From Cereibacter sphaeroides 2.4.1 (GTDB lineage: Bacteria > Pseudomonadota > Alphaproteobacteria > Rhodobacterales > Rhodobacteraceae): a stretch of 32,000 bases of DNA. Below the pieces are notes generated by a model. That model was given only the letters and a program-made list of their open reading frames with translations, made no database searches and was not told the DNA's origin. The DNA is taken from NCBI RefSeq assembly GCF_000012905.2, contig NC_007493.2:1140001-1172000 (forward strand), written 5' to 3'. This document shows positions 16,345 through 27,862 of the stretch, piece by piece; the first letter of the stretch is position 1, and each line of letters opens with the position of its first letter. The position numbers were made by a program, and so were the translations under genes.

Positions 16345-17221
16345 GGCGCAGGCAGGCGGCTCCGCGGGAGCGGAGCGGGTCGAGATCTTCGAGGTCGGCC
16401 CGCGCGACGGGCTGCAGAACGAGCCGCGCGCCATTCCTACGTCGGAGAAGATCGCGCTGGTGGATGCGCTGTCCGCCTGCGGCTTCCGCCGGATCGAGGT
16501 GGCGAGCTTCGTGAGCCCGAAATGGGTGCCGCAGATGGCCGATGGCGCCAAAGTGCTGGCCGGCATCGGCCGCAGGCCCCGCGTGACCTATGCGGCCCTC
16601 GCGCCGAACCTCCGCGGCTACGAGGCGGCCCTCGCTGCGGGCGCGGGCGAGATCGCGGTCTTCGTCTCGGCCTCCGAGGGCTTCTCGAAGGCGAACCTCA
16701 ACTGCACGGTGGCCGAAAGCCTTGCGCGGCTCGCGCCCATCGCCGAAGCGGCGGGGCGCGACGGGATGCGGCTCAGGGGCTATGTCTCGATGGTGGTGGA
16801 CTGCCCCTTCGACGGGCCGACCCCGCCCGGTGCGGTGGCGCGCGTCGCGGCGGCGCTGCGCGATCTGGGCTGCGCCGAGGTCTCGCTCGGCGATACGGTG
16901 GGGCGCGCCACGCCCGAAGGCTTCGATGCGATGCTGGCGGAGGTTCTGGACGAGATGCCGCCCGACCGTCTTGCCGCCCACTGCCATGACACGGCGGGCC
17001 GGGCGCTGCAGGTGATCGACTCGGCGCTGGAGCGCGGCCTGCGGGTGGTGGATGCGGCGGTGGGCGGCCTCGGCGGCTGCCCCTATGCGCCAGGCGCTGC
17101 GGGCAATGTGGCGACCGAGGCGGTGGCGGCCCATCTGGCGGCGCGGGGCTACGAGACCGGGCTCGACCCGGAGAAGCTGGCCGCGGCGGCGGCTCTCGCA
17201 CAGCGCCTGCGGACCGGCTGA
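16337..17221 (+). CDS. hmgL: Hydroxymethylglutaryl-CoA lyase
   Basis: VEIFEVGPRDGLQNE motif. Strong SD GGAGGAGG. The start overlaps the mccA stop by 8 nt. Confidence 0.9.
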   Translation: MAEAQAGGSAGAERVEIFEVGPRDGLQNEPRAIPTSEKIALVDALSACGFRRIEVASFVSPKWVPQMADGAKVLAGIGRRPRVTYAALAPNLRGYEAALAAGAGEIAVFVSASEGFSKANLNCTVAESLARLAPIAEAAGRDGMRLRGYVSMVVDCPFDGPTPPGAVARVAAALRDLGCAEVSLGDTVGRATPEGFDAMLAEVLDEMPPDRLAAHCHDTAGRALQVIDSALERGLRVVDAAVGGLGGCPYAPGAAGNVATEAVAAHLAARGYETGLDPEKLAAAAALAQRLRTG

Positions 17222-17233
17222 GAGGAGGATCGG

Positions 17234-18022
17234 ATGTTCGAGACCATTTCCATCGCCGAGGACAGCCGGGGCGTGGCGACCCTGACGCTCGACCGGCCCG
17301 AGAAGCACAATGCGCTGTCGGCCGCGATGATCGGGGAGCTGACCGAAGCCGCGGCGCGTCTCGGGGCCTCCGCCACCGTGCGTGTCGTGGTGCTGGCCGC
17401 CGCGGGCGAGAGCTTCTGTGCCGGGGGCGATCTCGGCTGGATGAAGGCGCAGATGACGGCGGACGGGCCCACGCGCGCCTCCGAGGCACGCAGGCTCGCC
17501 CATATGCTCCGCGCGCTGAACGACCTGCCGAAGCCCTTGATCGGGCGGGTGCAGGGGCAGGCCTTCGGTGGCGGTCTCGGGCTGATCTCTGTCTGCGACG
17601 TGGCCTACGGCGCGGAAGGGGCCCGCTTCGGCCTCACGGAGACGCGCCTCGGTCTGATCCCCGCCACCATCGGCCCCTATGTGGCCGCGCGCGTGGGCGA
17701 GGCCATGGCGCGGCGCGTCTTCTTCTCGGCGCGGCTCTTCGGCGCCGAAGAGGCGGTGCGGCTGGGCTTCCTCGCGGGGGCCGTGCCGGCCGAGGCGCTC
17801 GATGCGGCGGTCGAGGCCGAGATCCTGCCCTATCTCTCCTGTGCGCCGGGCGCGGTGGCCGAGGCCAAGGCGCTCCTGCGCCGGTTCGGCCCGCGGATCG
17901 ACGAGGAGACCATCGAGGCGAGCGTTGCGGCCCTCGTCAACCGCTGGGAGAGCCATGAGGCGCGGGAGGGGGTGGAGGCATTTTTCGGACGCCGCGCCGC
18001 CGCATGGTCCGCCAAGGTCTGA
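17234..18022 (+). CDS. liuC: Enoyl-CoA hydratase family, probable methylglutaconyl-CoA hydratase
   Basis: Crotonase fold motifs (LDRPEKHNAL, FCAGGDL, GQAFGGGLGL). It is the last gene of the liu-type cluster. SD GAGGAGGA. Confidence 0.8.
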   Translation: MFETISIAEDSRGVATLTLDRPEKHNALSAAMIGELTEAAARLGASATVRVVVLAAAGESFCAGGDLGWMKAQMTADGPTRASEARRLAHMLRALNDLPKPLIGRVQGQAFGGGLGLISVCDVAYGAEGARFGLTETRLGLIPATIGPYVAARVGEAMARRVFFSARLFGAEEAVRLGFLAGAVPAEALDAAVEAEILPYLSCAPGAVAEAKALLRRFGPRIDEETIEASVAALVNRWESHEAREGVEAFFGRRAAAWSAKV

Positions 18023-18032
18023 GTCGGGGCCG

Positions 18033-18052
18033 GGGTGCGACACGTCGCACCC
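18033..18052 (+). terminator. Hairpin 10 nt after the liuC stop
   Basis: GGGTGCGAC-AC-GTCGCACCC is a near-perfect palindrome. No T-tract follows, so terminator function is uncertain. Confidence 0.4.
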
Positions 18053-18060
18053 GCTCCGCA

Positions 18061-18176
18061 TTGCTGCATAAGCATAATTTCAGTTCACCATTGCATACCA
18101 ATGACATAAGGCACATTTCAATCGCGGTGTTTTGTCGCGACCTTCGGTTGACCCCGGACGGGGCTGAGAGTAAACG
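18061..18176 (+). promoter_or_regulatory. AT-rich island upstream of nuoA; probable nuo promoter/regulatory region
   Basis: 18061-18120 is about 37% GC by hand count, in a window that is otherwise GC-rich. It contains tandem GCATAAGCATAA (18066-77) plus GCATAC (18093) and ACATAA (18104). A sigma70-like pair TTGACC (18148-53)-N17-TAAACG (18171-76) is weak at the -10 element. Confidence 0.4.
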
Positions 18177-18242
18177 AGGCGTCAGCACGTGACTGCCTGC
18201 GCTGCCGGAAACGGTGAGCAGCTGCCAGCCGAGGGAGCCGCC

Positions 18243-19129
<887 letters not shown>

Positions 19130-19139
19130 GGAGACCTAG

Positions 19140-19742
19140 ATGCCCGAAGCCCTTCAGGAACTGGCCGCGCATGTCCGGATGCGCCAGCCCGATGCGATCC
19201 TCGGCCACCGGGTCGAGTTCGGCGAGCTGACGCTCGACGTCGTGCCCAACCGCATCGTGGGGCTGGTGGAATTCCTCCGCTCCGACGCGAGCTGCCGCTT
19301 CTCGAGCCTCGTCGACATCACGGCGATCGACCACCCGGAGCGTCCGGCGCGCTTCGACGTGGTCTATCACTTCCTGTCGATGTATCAGAACCAGCGGATC
19401 CGCCTGAAGATGCAGGTGCGCGAGGACGAGACGGTGGCCTCGATCCACTCCGTCCATCCGTCGGCGAACTGGTTCGAGCGCGAGGTGTTCGACATGTTCG
19501 GCATCCTCTTCACCGGGCACCCCGACCTGCGGCGGATCCTGACCGACTACGGCTTCCGCGGCCATCCGATGCGCAAGGATTTCCCGACCACGGGCTATAC
19601 CGAGGTCCGCTACGACGAAGTCCAGAAGCGCGTCGTCTATGAGCCGGTGAAGCTCGTGCAGGAATATCGCCAGTTCGATTTCCTCTCGCCGTGGGAGGGG
19701 GCGGACTACATCCTGCCGGGCGACGACAAGGCGCGGACGTAA
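19140..19742 (+). CDS. nuoC: NADH-quinone oxidoreductase subunit C
   Basis: [34 protein letters not shown] motif. Confidence 0.93.
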
Positions 19743-19746
19743 GGGG

Positions 19747-20961
19747 ATGGCCATGGACACCAAGTTCGACGACGTGCTGACCGGCGAGCAGAAGCTCCGC
19801 AACTTCAACATCAACTTCGGCCCGCAACACCCTGCAGCGCACGGCGTTCTGCGTCTCGTGCTCGAGCTTGACGGCGAGGTGGTGGAACGCTGCGATCCGC
19901 ATATCGGCCTGCTGCACCGCGGGACCGAGAAGCTGATGGAGAGCCGGACCTACCTGCAGAACCTGCCCTATTTCGACCGGCTCGACTACGTGGCGCCGAT
20001 GAACCAGGAACATGCCTGGTGTCTGGCGATCGAGCGGCTGACGGGCGTGGCCGTGCCGCGCCGGGCCAGCCTGATCCGCGTGCTCTATTCCGAGATCGGC
20101 CGGGTGCTGAACCACCTGCTGAACGTGACCACGCAGGCCATGGACGTGGGCGCGCTGACGCCGCCGCTCTGGGGCTTCGAGGAGCGCGAGAAGCTCATGG
20201 TCTTCTACGAGCGTGCCTCGGGCGCGCGGCTCCACGCGGCCTATTTCCGGCCGGGCGGGGTGCACCAGGACCTGACTCCGCGCCTCATCGAAGATATCGA
20301 GGAGTGGGCCGAGCATTTCCCGAAGGTGCTCGACGATCTCGACGAGCTGCTGACCGAGAACCGGATCTTCAAGCAGCGCAACGTCGATATCGGCATCATC
20401 TCCGAGAAGGACATCCTCGACTGGGGCTTCTCGGGCGTGATGGTGCGCGGCTCGGGCTTCGCCTGGGACCTGCGGCGCTCGCAGCCCTACGAGTGCTACG
20501 ACGAGTTCGACTTCCAGATCCCGGTGGGCAAGAACGGCGACTGCTACGACCGCTATCTCTGCCGCATGGAAGAGATGCGCCAGTCGACCCGCATCATCCA
20601 GCAATGTCTGGCCAAGCTCCGGGTGGAGAAGGGCGACGTGCTGGCGCGGGGCAAGCTTACGCCGCCGCCGCGGGGCGAGATGAAGACCTCGATGGAAGCG
20701 CTCATCCACCATTTCAAGCTCTATACCGAGGGCTTCCACGTTCCCGCGGGCGAGGTCTATGCCGCCGTCGAGGCGCCCAAGGGCGAGTTCGGCGTCTATC
20801 TCGTGGCCGACGGGACCAACCGGCCCTACCGCGCCAAGATCCGCGCGCCGGGCTTCCTGCATCTGCAAGCCATCGACTACATCGCCAAGGGGCACCTGCT
20901 GGCCGATGTGTCCGCCATCATCGGCACGCTCGACGTCGTGTTCGGGGAGATCGACCGCTAA
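19747..20961 (+). CDS. nuoD: NADH-quinone oxidoreductase subunit D
   Basis: [22 protein letters not shown] and [12 protein letters not shown] motifs. SD spacing makes ATG 19753 an equally good start. Confidence 0.93.
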
Positions 20962-21872
20962 TGCTTCGCCGCCTGCATCACGCCCAGCCCGACAGCTTCG
21001 CCTTCACGCCGGCGAACCTCGAATGGGCGAAGGGTCAGATGACGAAATATCCCGAGGGCCGTCAGGCCTCGGCGATCATCCCGCTGCTCTTCCGCGCGCA
21101 GGAACAGGAAGGCTGGCTCACGAAGCCGGCCATCGAATATGTGGCCGACCTGCTCGGGATGGCCTACATCCGGGCGCTGGAAGTGGCGACCTTCTACTTC
21201 ATGTTCCAGCTGCAACCCGTTGGGAGCGTGGCGCATATCCAGATCTGCGGCACCACCTCGTGCCTGATCTGCGGCGCCGAGGAGCTGATCCGGGTCTGCA
21301 AGGAGAAGATCGCGCCGCAGCCGCACATGCTGTCGGCCGATGGCCGCTTCTCGTGGGAGGAGGTCGAGTGCCTCGGCGCCTGCGCCAATGCGCCGATGGC
21401 GCAGATCGGCAAGGACTATTACGAGGATCTGAACGCCGAGACGCTGGCCGCGCTGATCGACCGCTTCTCGGCGGGCGAAGTGCCGCGGCCCGGGCCGCAG
21501 GCCGGGCGCTTCTCCTCCGAGCCCGCGGGCGGGGCCACGAGCCTCACCGAGATCGGCCCGCAGGCGTCCGAGCACAATGCCTCGGTGGCGCTGGCGCTGG
21601 GGATCGGCGACACGATCAAGCGCATCGACGGCACCGAGGTGCCGATGCTCACGCCGTGGCTCGACCGGCGTCCGCCGGTGGCCGAGGCCGCGGGTGAGGT
21701 GCAGCAGCCGAAACCGGGTGCGGGGCGTCCGGTGGACAAGACCGGCGTGAGCGTGGAAGAGGCGCCGGCCGACAAGGCGGGCCGGCCCGAGAAGCCGGGC
21801 GTGGCCACGGGCGGCACGGCCACGGCCGAGCCGGGCGCGCAGACCTCCGATCCGCAGAAGCCCGAGGGCTGA
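20961..21872 (+). CDS. nuoE: NADH-quinone oxidoreductase subunit E, with a C-terminal extension of about 106 aa
   Basis: Its ATG overlaps the nuoD TAA (TAATG). 2Fe-2S motifs [10 protein letters not shown] and [10 protein letters not shown] are present. Canonical homology ends at ...GGATSLTE, and the frame then continues 106 codons. Confidence 0.92.
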   Translation: MLRRLHHAQPDSFAFTPANLEWAKGQMTKYPEGRQASAIIPLLFRAQEQEGWLTKPAIEYVADLLGMAYIRALEVATFYFMFQLQPVGSVAHIQICGTTSCLICGAEELIRVCKEKIAPQPHMLSADGRFSWEEVECLGACANAPMAQIGKDYYEDLNAETLAALIDRFSAGEVPRPGPQAGRFSSEPAGGATSLTEIGPQASEHNASVALALGIGDTIKRIDGTEVPMLTPWLDRRPPVAEAAGEVQQPKPGAGRPVDKTGVSVEEAPADKAGRPEKPGVATGGTATAEPGAQTSDPQKPEG

Positions 21873-22084
21873 TGGCGGTCGGGCCCGACGACACGCGGCA
21901 GGCGCGACAGGTCGCGCTGGTCATTGCGGCGACGGGCCTCATGTGGATCGGGGCGCAGATCCTGGGAGGATGGCTGGGCCTGCCGGCTCGGATCGTCCTT
22001 CTCTTCGACCTGGCGGCGCTCGCCGGGTTCAGTTGGGCGCTGGTGACAACCTGGCGGATCTGGCGACGGCGCCAGGGCAAATGA
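21872..22084 (+). CDS. Small two-helix membrane protein of unknown function embedded between nuoE and nuoF
   Basis: TGATG overlap with the nuoE stop, with SD GAGGG. Two hydrophobic segments ([44 protein letters not shown]) and a basic tail. GC3 is high. Confidence 0.7.
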   Translation: MAVGPDDTRQARQVALVIAATGLMWIGAQILGGWLGLPARIVLLFDLAALAGFSWALVTTWRIWRRRQGK

Positions 22085-22094
22085 GGACGATGCG

Positions 22095-23390
22095 ATGCTG
22101 AAGGACCAGGACCGGATCTTCACCAACCTCTACGGGATGCAGGACCGCAGCCTGAAGGGCGCGATGGCCCGGGGCCAGTGGGACGGGACCGCGGACCTGC
22201 TCGCGCTCGGGCGCGACAAGATCATCGACATCGTGAAGGCCTCGGGCCTGCGCGGCCGGGGCGGGGCGGGCTTCCCCACCGGCCTCAAATGGTCCTTCAT
22301 GCCCAAGCAGTCGGACGGGCGCCCGGCCTATCTCGTCATCAATGCCGACGAATCCGAGCCCGCGACCTGCAAGGACCGCGAGATCATGCGCCACGACCCG
22401 CACACGCTGGTCGAGGGGGCGCTGCTCGCGGGCTTCGCGATGGGGGCGGTTGCGGCCTACATCTACATCCGCGGCGAATATGTCCGCGAGAAGGAAGCGC
22501 TGCAGGCCGCCATCGACGAGGCCTATGACGCGGGCCTGATCGGCCAGAATGCGGCGAAGTCGGGCTACGATTTCGACGTCTACCTCCACCACGGGGCGGG
22601 CGCCTACATCTGCGGCGAAGAGACCGCTCTGCTCGAGAGCCTCGAGGGCAAGAAGGGGATGCCGCGGATGAAGCCGCCGTTCCCGGCGGGCTCGGGCCTC
22701 TACGGCTGCCCGACCACGGTGAACAACGTCGAGTCGATCGCCGTCATTCCCGCGATCCTGCGCCGCGGCGGCGAGTGGTTCGCCTCGTTCGGCCGGCCGA
22801 ACAACGCGGGCGTGAAGCTCTTCGCCATGTCGGGGCACGTCAACACGCCCTGCGTCATCGAGGAGAGCATGTCGATCTCGATGAAGGAACTCATCGAGAA
22901 GCACGGCGGCGGCGTCCGCGGCGGCTGGAAGAACCTCAAGGCCGTCATTCCCGGCGGCGCCTCCTGCCCGATCATCCCGGCCGAGCAGTGCGAGGATGCC
23001 GTCATGGATTATGACGGGATGCGCGAGCTGAAATCCTCGTTCGGCACCGCCTGCATGATCGTGATGGACCAGCAGACCGACGTCATCAAGGCCGTCTGGC
23101 GGCTGGCCAAGTTCTTCAAGCACGAGAGCTGCGGCCAGTGCACGCCCTGCCGCGAGGGGACGGGCTGGATGATGCGCGTGATGGACCGGCTGGTGCGCGG
23201 CGAGGCCGAGGTCGAAGAGATCGACATGCTGCTCTCGGTGACGAAGCAGGTCGAGGGCCATACGATCTGCGCGCTCGGCGATGCGGCGGCCTGGCCGATC
23301 CAGGGCCTGATCCGGCACTATCGCGAAGAGATCGAGGACCGGATCAAGGCCAAGAAGACGGGGCGCATGGGCGCCATGGCGGCGGAGTGA
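22095..23390 (+). CDS. nuoF: NADH-quinone oxidoreductase subunit F
   Basis: [22 protein letters not shown]-site motif and [12 protein letters not shown] 4Fe-4S motif. Confidence 0.95.
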   Translation: MLKDQDRIFTNLYGMQDRSLKGAMARGQWDGTADLLALGRDKIIDIVKASGLRGRGGAGFPTGLKWSFMPKQSDGRPAYLVINADESEPATCKDREIMRHDPHTLVEGALLAGFAMGAVAAYIYIRGEYVREKEALQAAIDEAYDAGLIGQNAAKSGYDFDVYLHHGAGAYICGEETALLESLEGKKGMPRMKPPFPAGSGLYGCPTTVNNVESIAVIPAILRRGGEWFASFGRPNNAGVKLFAMSGHVNTPCVIEESMSISMKELIEKHGGGVRGGWKNLKAVIPGGASCPIIPAEQCEDAVMDYDGMRELKSSFGTACMIVMDQQTDVIKAVWRLAKFFKHESCGQCTPCREGTGWMMRVMDRLVRGEAEVEEIDMLLSVTKQVEGHTICALGDAAAWPIQGLIRHYREEIEDRIKAKKTGRMGAMAAE

Positions 23391-23394
23391 GACG

Positions 23395-23754
23395 GTGCGC
23401 GCCGGCGGGGTCCTCATCGTGATGGGCGCGCTCTCGGCCTGTGCCTCCCCGGCGCCGGTCGGGGGCCGCGCGATCCCCGGCGCCTCCGAGGTGACGGTCG
23501 AGGGTCAGGGCTTCCTGACCGAAGTGAGGGCCGGGTCTGCCGGCGAGCGGCTGACGGCGGCGGGGGCGCGTCCGGTGGCGGGCCTGACGGTCGATGTGCG
23601 CCGGCTGGCACCGCCGCTCCATTACAGCGACGGAGCCGCGGCGAAGCGGGCGGCCGAGGCGGCCTGCGAGGGGCAGGGCGGGCGGTTCGATCCGACCGCG
23701 GCGGGCCGCGTGAGCGCGCCGGGCCTCTGGCGCTTCGCCGGGGCCTGCGCATGA
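23395..23754 (+). CDS. Predicted lipoprotein of unknown function embedded between nuoF and nuoG
   Basis: GTG start 4 nt after the nuoF stop, with a GGAG SD inside the nuoF 3' end. MRAGGVLIVMGALSAC carries a lipobox LSAC. GC3 is very high. Confidence 0.6.
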   Translation: MRAGGVLIVMGALSACASPAPVGGRAIPGASEVTVEGQGFLTEVRAGSAGERLTAAGARPVAGLTVDVRRLAPPLHYSDGAAAKRAAEAACEGQGGRFDPTAAGRVSAPGLWRFAGACA

Positions 23755-23856
23755 CGGGCGGGCGCGCGGCCGGGCGGGGGCAGTGCGCCCCGCGTCCGAA
23801 GCAACGGAACAACGCGCGGGGCATCGGCCTCGCGCTCATCGCGGCGGAGTAGGCGG

Positions 23857-25878
23857 ATGAGCAACCTCAAGAAGATCATCATCGACGGCATCGAAGTCGA
23901 GGTCGATGGCGCCATGACGCTGCTGCAGGCGGCCGAAGAGGTGGGGATCGAGATCCCGCGCTTCTGCTACCACGAGCGCCTGTCGATCGCCGGCAACTGC
24001 CGCATGTGCCTCGTCGAGGTGGTGGGCGGCCCGCCGAAGCCCACGGCCTCCTGCGCCATGCAGGTGCGCGACCTGCGCCCCGGCCCGAACGGCGAGGCGC
24101 CGGTGGTCAAGACCAACTCGCCCATGGTCAAGAAGGCCCGCGAGGGGGTGATGGAGTTCCTGCTCATCAACCACCCGCTCGACTGCCCGATCTGCGACCA
24201 GGGCGGCGAATGCGACCTGCAGGACCAGGCGATGGCCTATGGCGTCGATTTCAGCCGCTACCGCGAGCCGAAGCGCGCCTCCGAGAACCTGAACCTCGGC
24301 CCGCTCGTCGCCACGCAAATGACGCGCTGCATCTCCTGCACCCGCTGCGTGCGCTTCACGACCGAGGTCGCGGGCATCACCCAGATGGGCCAGACGGGGC
24401 GCGGCGAGGACAGCGAGATCACCAGCTACCTCAACCAGACGCTCGATTCGAACCTGCAGGGCAATATCATCGACCTCTGCCCGGTCGGCGCGCTGACCTC
24501 GAAACCCTATGCCTTCACCGCCCGTCCTTGGGAGCTCGGCAAGACCGAAAGCATCGACGTGATGGATGCTCTCGGCTCCAACATCCGCGTGGACACGAAG
24601 GGTCGCGAGGTCATGCGCATCCTGCCGCGCAACCATGACGGCGTGAACGAGGAATGGATCTCGGACAAGACCCGCTTCGTCTGGGACGGCCTGCGCCGCC
24701 AGCGGCTCGACACGCCCTACATCCGCGAGGCCGGCAAGCTTCGGAAAGCCTCGTGGGGTGAGGCGCTGAAGGCGGTGGCCGCGGCGATGAAGGGCCGCAA
24801 GGTCGCGGGCCTCGTGGGCGATCTGGCCCCGGTGGAAGCGGCCTTCTCGCTCAAGATGCTGATCGAGGGCATGGGCGGCCGGGTGGAATGCCGCACCGAT
24901 GGCGCGCGCCTGCCCGCGGGCAACCGCAGCGCCTATGTGGGCAATGCCGCCATCGAGGATATCGACAACGCGAAATCGATCCTGCTCGTGGGCTGCAACC
25001 CGCGCGACGAGGCGCCGGTGCTGAACGCCCGCATCCGCAAGGCCTGGCTGCAGGGCGCGCAGGTCTCGGTGATCGGCCCGGCGGTCGATCTGACGTTCGA
25101 CTACAATCATGCCGGCACCGACCGGGCGGCGCTGATGTCGCTCGTGTCCGAGGCCGAACGGTCCGGCGCCGACGGCAAGCCGGGTCTGGTGATCGTGGGG
25201 CAGGGCGCTCTGGCCGAGGCCGACGGCGAGGCCGTGCTGGCGCAGGCGATGAAGCTCGCCCAGACGATGGGCGCGAAGCTTCTCGTGCTGCATACCGCCG
25301 CCGCCCGCGTGGGCGCGATGGATGTGGGCGCCGTGACCGAGGGCGGGCTCTCCGCCGCCATCGAGGGCGCGGAGGTGATCTACAACCTCGGCGCCGACGA
25401 GGTCGAGATCGGCGCGGGCCCGTTCGTCATCTATCAGGGCAGCCACGGCGACCGCGGCGCGCACCGCGCCGACGTGATCCTGCCCGCCGCCGCCTATACC
25501 GAGGAGAACGGCCTTTTCGTGAACACCGAGGGCCGTCCGCAGCTTGCCTTCCGCGCGGGCTTCCCGCCGGGCGAAGCCAAGGAGAACTGGGCGATCCTGC
25601 GCGCGCTCTCGGCCGAACTGGGCCAGACGCTGCCCTGGGACACGATGGCGGGCCTGCGCCGCAAGCTGGTCGAGACCGTGCCGCATCTCGGCCGCATCGA
25701 CCAGCTGACCGAGAGCGAGTGGCAACCGCTGCCGCTGCGCGATCCGGCGACCGCCGACTTCCGCCTTGCGGTGCGGGACTTCTATCTTACGAATCCGATC
25801 GCGCGGGCCTCGCAGCTCATGGCCGAGCTCTCGGCCATGGCCTCGCGGCGCGGCCAGCCCTCGCTCGCGGCGGAGTAG
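23857..25878 (+). CDS. nuoG: NADH-quinone oxidoreductase subunit G
   Basis: N-terminal 2Fe-2S/4Fe-4S motifs ([50 protein letters not shown]). 673 aa. Confidence 0.95.
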   Translation: MSNLKKIIIDGIEVEVDGAMTLLQAAEEVGIEIPRFCYHERLSIAGNCRMCLVEVVGGPPKPTASCAMQVRDLRPGPNGEAPVVKTNSPMVKKAREGVMEFLLINHPLDCPICDQGGECDLQDQAMAYGVDFSRYREPKRASENLNLGPLVATQMTRCISCTRCVRFTTEVAGITQMGQTGRGEDSEITSYLNQTLDSNLQGNIIDLCPVGALTSKPYAFTARPWELGKTESIDVMDALGSNIRVDTKGREVMRILPRNHDGVNEEWISDKTRFVWDGLRRQRLDTPYIREAGKLRKASWGEALKAVAAAMKGRKVAGLVGDLAPVEAAFSLKMLIEGMGGRVECRTDGARLPAGNRSAYVGNAAIEDIDNAKSILLVGCNPRDEAPVLNARIRKAWLQGAQVSVIGPAVDLTFDYNHAGTDRAALMSLVSEAERSGADGKPGLVIVGQGALAEADGEAVLAQAMKLAQTMGAKLLVLHTAAARVGAMDVGAVTEGGLSAAIEGAEVIYNLGADEVEIGAGPFVIYQGSHGDRGAHRADVILPAAAYTEENGLFVNTEGRPQLAFRAGFPPGEAKENWAILRALSAELGQTLPWDTMAGLRRKLVETVPHLGRIDQLTESEWQPLPLRDPATADFRLAVRDFYLTNPIARASQLMAELSAMASRRGQPSLAAE

Positions 25879-25881
25879 GGG

Positions 25882-26292
25882 GTGCGGCCGGCGGTGCTCT
25901 TTCCGGTCGGGCTCGCGCTGGCGGGCCTCGCCTCCTGCGGCCCGCAGGGGGCCCCCGAGGCTGCGGCCGCGGACGAAGAGTTCGCGCCGGTCTACAAGGG
26001 CACCGAGACGCGGCTTCTCGACGAGGATCTCGTGGAATTCCTCATCGAAATGGAAGGCGCGCGGGGCATCCCCGACGTCGAAGCCTACGCCCGCTGCGCG
26101 GCCGCCCAATACACGCTCATTCGCGGCTACGGCTTCGCCCGGCATCTGCGAACAAATGTCGCGGAGAGGGGTGGCGTTTGGCGAGGGGATGCGATTTACA
26201 CCATTTCGGCCGCGCTGCCCCGCGGCCTGCAGACGATCGACGCCGAGGTGACGGTGCGCGATTGCCGGGAACAGGGAATACCGACGATATGA
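25882..26292 (+). CDS. Predicted lipoprotein of unknown function embedded between nuoG and nuoH
   Basis: GTG start 3 nt after the nuoG TAG, with a GGAG SD inside the nuoG 3' end. MRPAVLFPVGLALAGLASC carries a lipobox LASC. GC3 is high. Confidence 0.6.
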   Translation: MRPAVLFPVGLALAGLASCGPQGAPEAAAADEEFAPVYKGTETRLLDEDLVEFLIEMEGARGIPDVEAYARCAAAQYTLIRGYGFARHLRTNVAERGGVWRGDAIYTISAALPRGLQTIDAEVTVRDCREQGIPTI

Positions 26293-26319
26293 CGATCGGC
26301 ATGAGGGATGCGAGGCGCC

Positions 26320-27357
26320 ATGGGTGAGTTCATGAATTCCGGGATGGGTATCATCCTCACGATCGCGGCGCAGGGCCTTCTGGTCATCGCCTTCGTGATG
26401 ATCTCGCTTCTGTTCCTCGTCTATGGCGACCGGAAGATCTGGGCGGCGGTGCAGCTGCGCCGCGGGCCGAACGTGGTGGGCGCCTTCGGCCTGCTGCAGA
26501 CGGTGGCGGATGCGGCCAAATACATCTTCAAGGAAGTGGTGGTACCCGCGGGCGTGGACCGTCCGGTCTTCTTCCTCGCGCCGCTCATCTCCTTCGTGCT
26601 GGCCGTGCTCGCCTGGGCCGTGATCCCCTTCAGCCCGGGCTGGGTGCTGTCGGACATCAACGTGGCGATCCTCTTCGTCTTCGCCGCCTCCTCGCTCGAG
26701 GTCTATGGCGTCATCATGGGCGGCTGGGCCTCGAACTCGAAATATCCGTTCCTGGGCAGCCTCCGCTCGGCCGCGCAGATGATCTCCTACGAGGTCTCGC
26801 TCGGCCTCATCATCATCGGGATCATCATCTCGACCGGCTCGATGAACCTGAGCCATATCGTCGAGGCGCAGGACGGTGCCTTCGGGCTCTTCAACTGGTA
26901 CTGGCTGCCGCACCTGCCGATGGTCGCGCTGTTCTTCATCTCCGCGCTGGCCGAAACGAACCGCCCGCCCTTCGACCTGCCGGAGGCGGAATCCGAACTG
27001 GTCGCGGGCTTCCAGGTGGAATACAGCTCGACGCCGTTCCTGCTGTTCATGGCCGGCGAATATATCGCCATCTTCCTCATGTGCGCGTTGATGAGCCTGC
27101 TGTTCTTCGGCGGCTGGCTCTCGCCCATCCCCGGACTGCCCGACGGCGTGTTCTGGATGGTGGCGAAGATGGCCTTCTTCTTCTTCCTCTTCGCCATGGT
27201 GAAGGCCATCGTGCCGCGCTACCGCTACGACCAGCTCATGCGGATCGGCTGGAAGGTCTTCCTTCCCTTCAGCCTCGGCTGGGTGGTTCTGGTGGCGTTC
27301 CTTGCGAAATTCGAAGTGTTCGGCGGCTTCTGGGCCCGCTGGGCGATGGGAGGCTGA
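26320..27357 (+). CDS. nuoH: NADH-quinone oxidoreductase subunit H
   Basis: [25 protein letters not shown] and [19 protein letters not shown] motifs. In-frame ATGs occur at 26308, 26320, 26332 and 26344. ATG 26320 sits behind GAGG and gives 345 aa. Confidence 0.92.
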   Translation: MGEFMNSGMGIILTIAAQGLLVIAFVMISLLFLVYGDRKIWAAVQLRRGPNVVGAFGLLQTVADAAKYIFKEVVVPAGVDRPVFFLAPLISFVLAVLAWAVIPFSPGWVLSDINVAILFVFAASSLEVYGVIMGGWASNSKYPFLGSLRSAAQMISYEVSLGLIIIGIIISTGSMNLSHIVEAQDGAFGLFNWYWLPHLPMVALFFISALAETNRPPFDLPEAESELVAGFQVEYSSTPFLLFMAGEYIAIFLMCALMSLLFFGGWLSPIPGLPDGVFWMVAKMAFFFFLFAMVKAIVPRYRYDQLMRIGWKVFLPFSLGWVVLVAFLAKFEVFGGFWARWAMGG

Positions 27358-27358
27358 C

Positions 27359-27862
27359 ATGGCCAGGACAAGCGCAATCGACTACGGCCGGGCGGCGAAA
27401 TATTTCCTGCTGCTGGACTTCATCAAGGGCTTCGGCCTCGGCATGAAGTACTTCTTCGCGCCCAAGCATACGGTGAACTACCCGCACGAGAAGGGGCCGC
27501 TGTCGCCCCGCTTCCGCGGCGAACATGCGCTGCGCCGCTATCCGAACGGCGAGGAACGCTGCATCGCCTGCAAGCTCTGCGAGGCGGTCTGCCCGGCGCA
27601 GGCCATCACCATCGACGCGGAACCGCGCGAGGACGGCAGCCGCCGCACCACGCGCTACGACATCGACATGACGAAATGCATCTACTGCGGCTTCTGTCAG
27701 GAAGCCTGCCCGGTGGATGCGATCGTCGAGGGGCCGAACTTCGAATTCTCGACCGAGACCCGCGAGGAGCTGTTCTACAACAAGGACCGGCTGCTCGAGA
27801 ACGGCGCGCGCTGGGAAGCCGAGATCGCCCGCAACCTCGAACTGGATGCGCCCTACAGATGA
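27359..27862 (+). CDS. nuoI: NADH-quinone oxidoreductase subunit I
   Basis: The ATG lies 1 nt after the nuoH TGA. Two ferredoxin motifs are present: [12 protein letters not shown] and [12 protein letters not shown]. Confidence 0.95.
   Translation: MARTSAIDYGRAAKYFLLLDFIKGFGLGMKYFFAPKHTVNYPHEKGPLSPRFRGEHALRRYPNGEERCIACKLCEAVCPAQAITIDAEPREDGSRRTTRYDIDMTKCIYCGFCQEACPVDAIVEGPNFEFSTETREELFYNKDRLLENGARWEAEIARNLELDAPYR

Noticed and set aside
23836-27360. 1174-aa minus-strand ORF, together with similar long antisense ORFs (13984..16566, 16127..18061, 10572..11888, 12668..14179, 19510..20895, 22029..23417, 28104..29357, 30092..31510)
   Set aside because: Each lies antisense to a gene with clear family motifs. 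Their translations are Arg/Gly/His/Asp-rich with no recognisable domains. They are shadow ORFs expected at this GC content.
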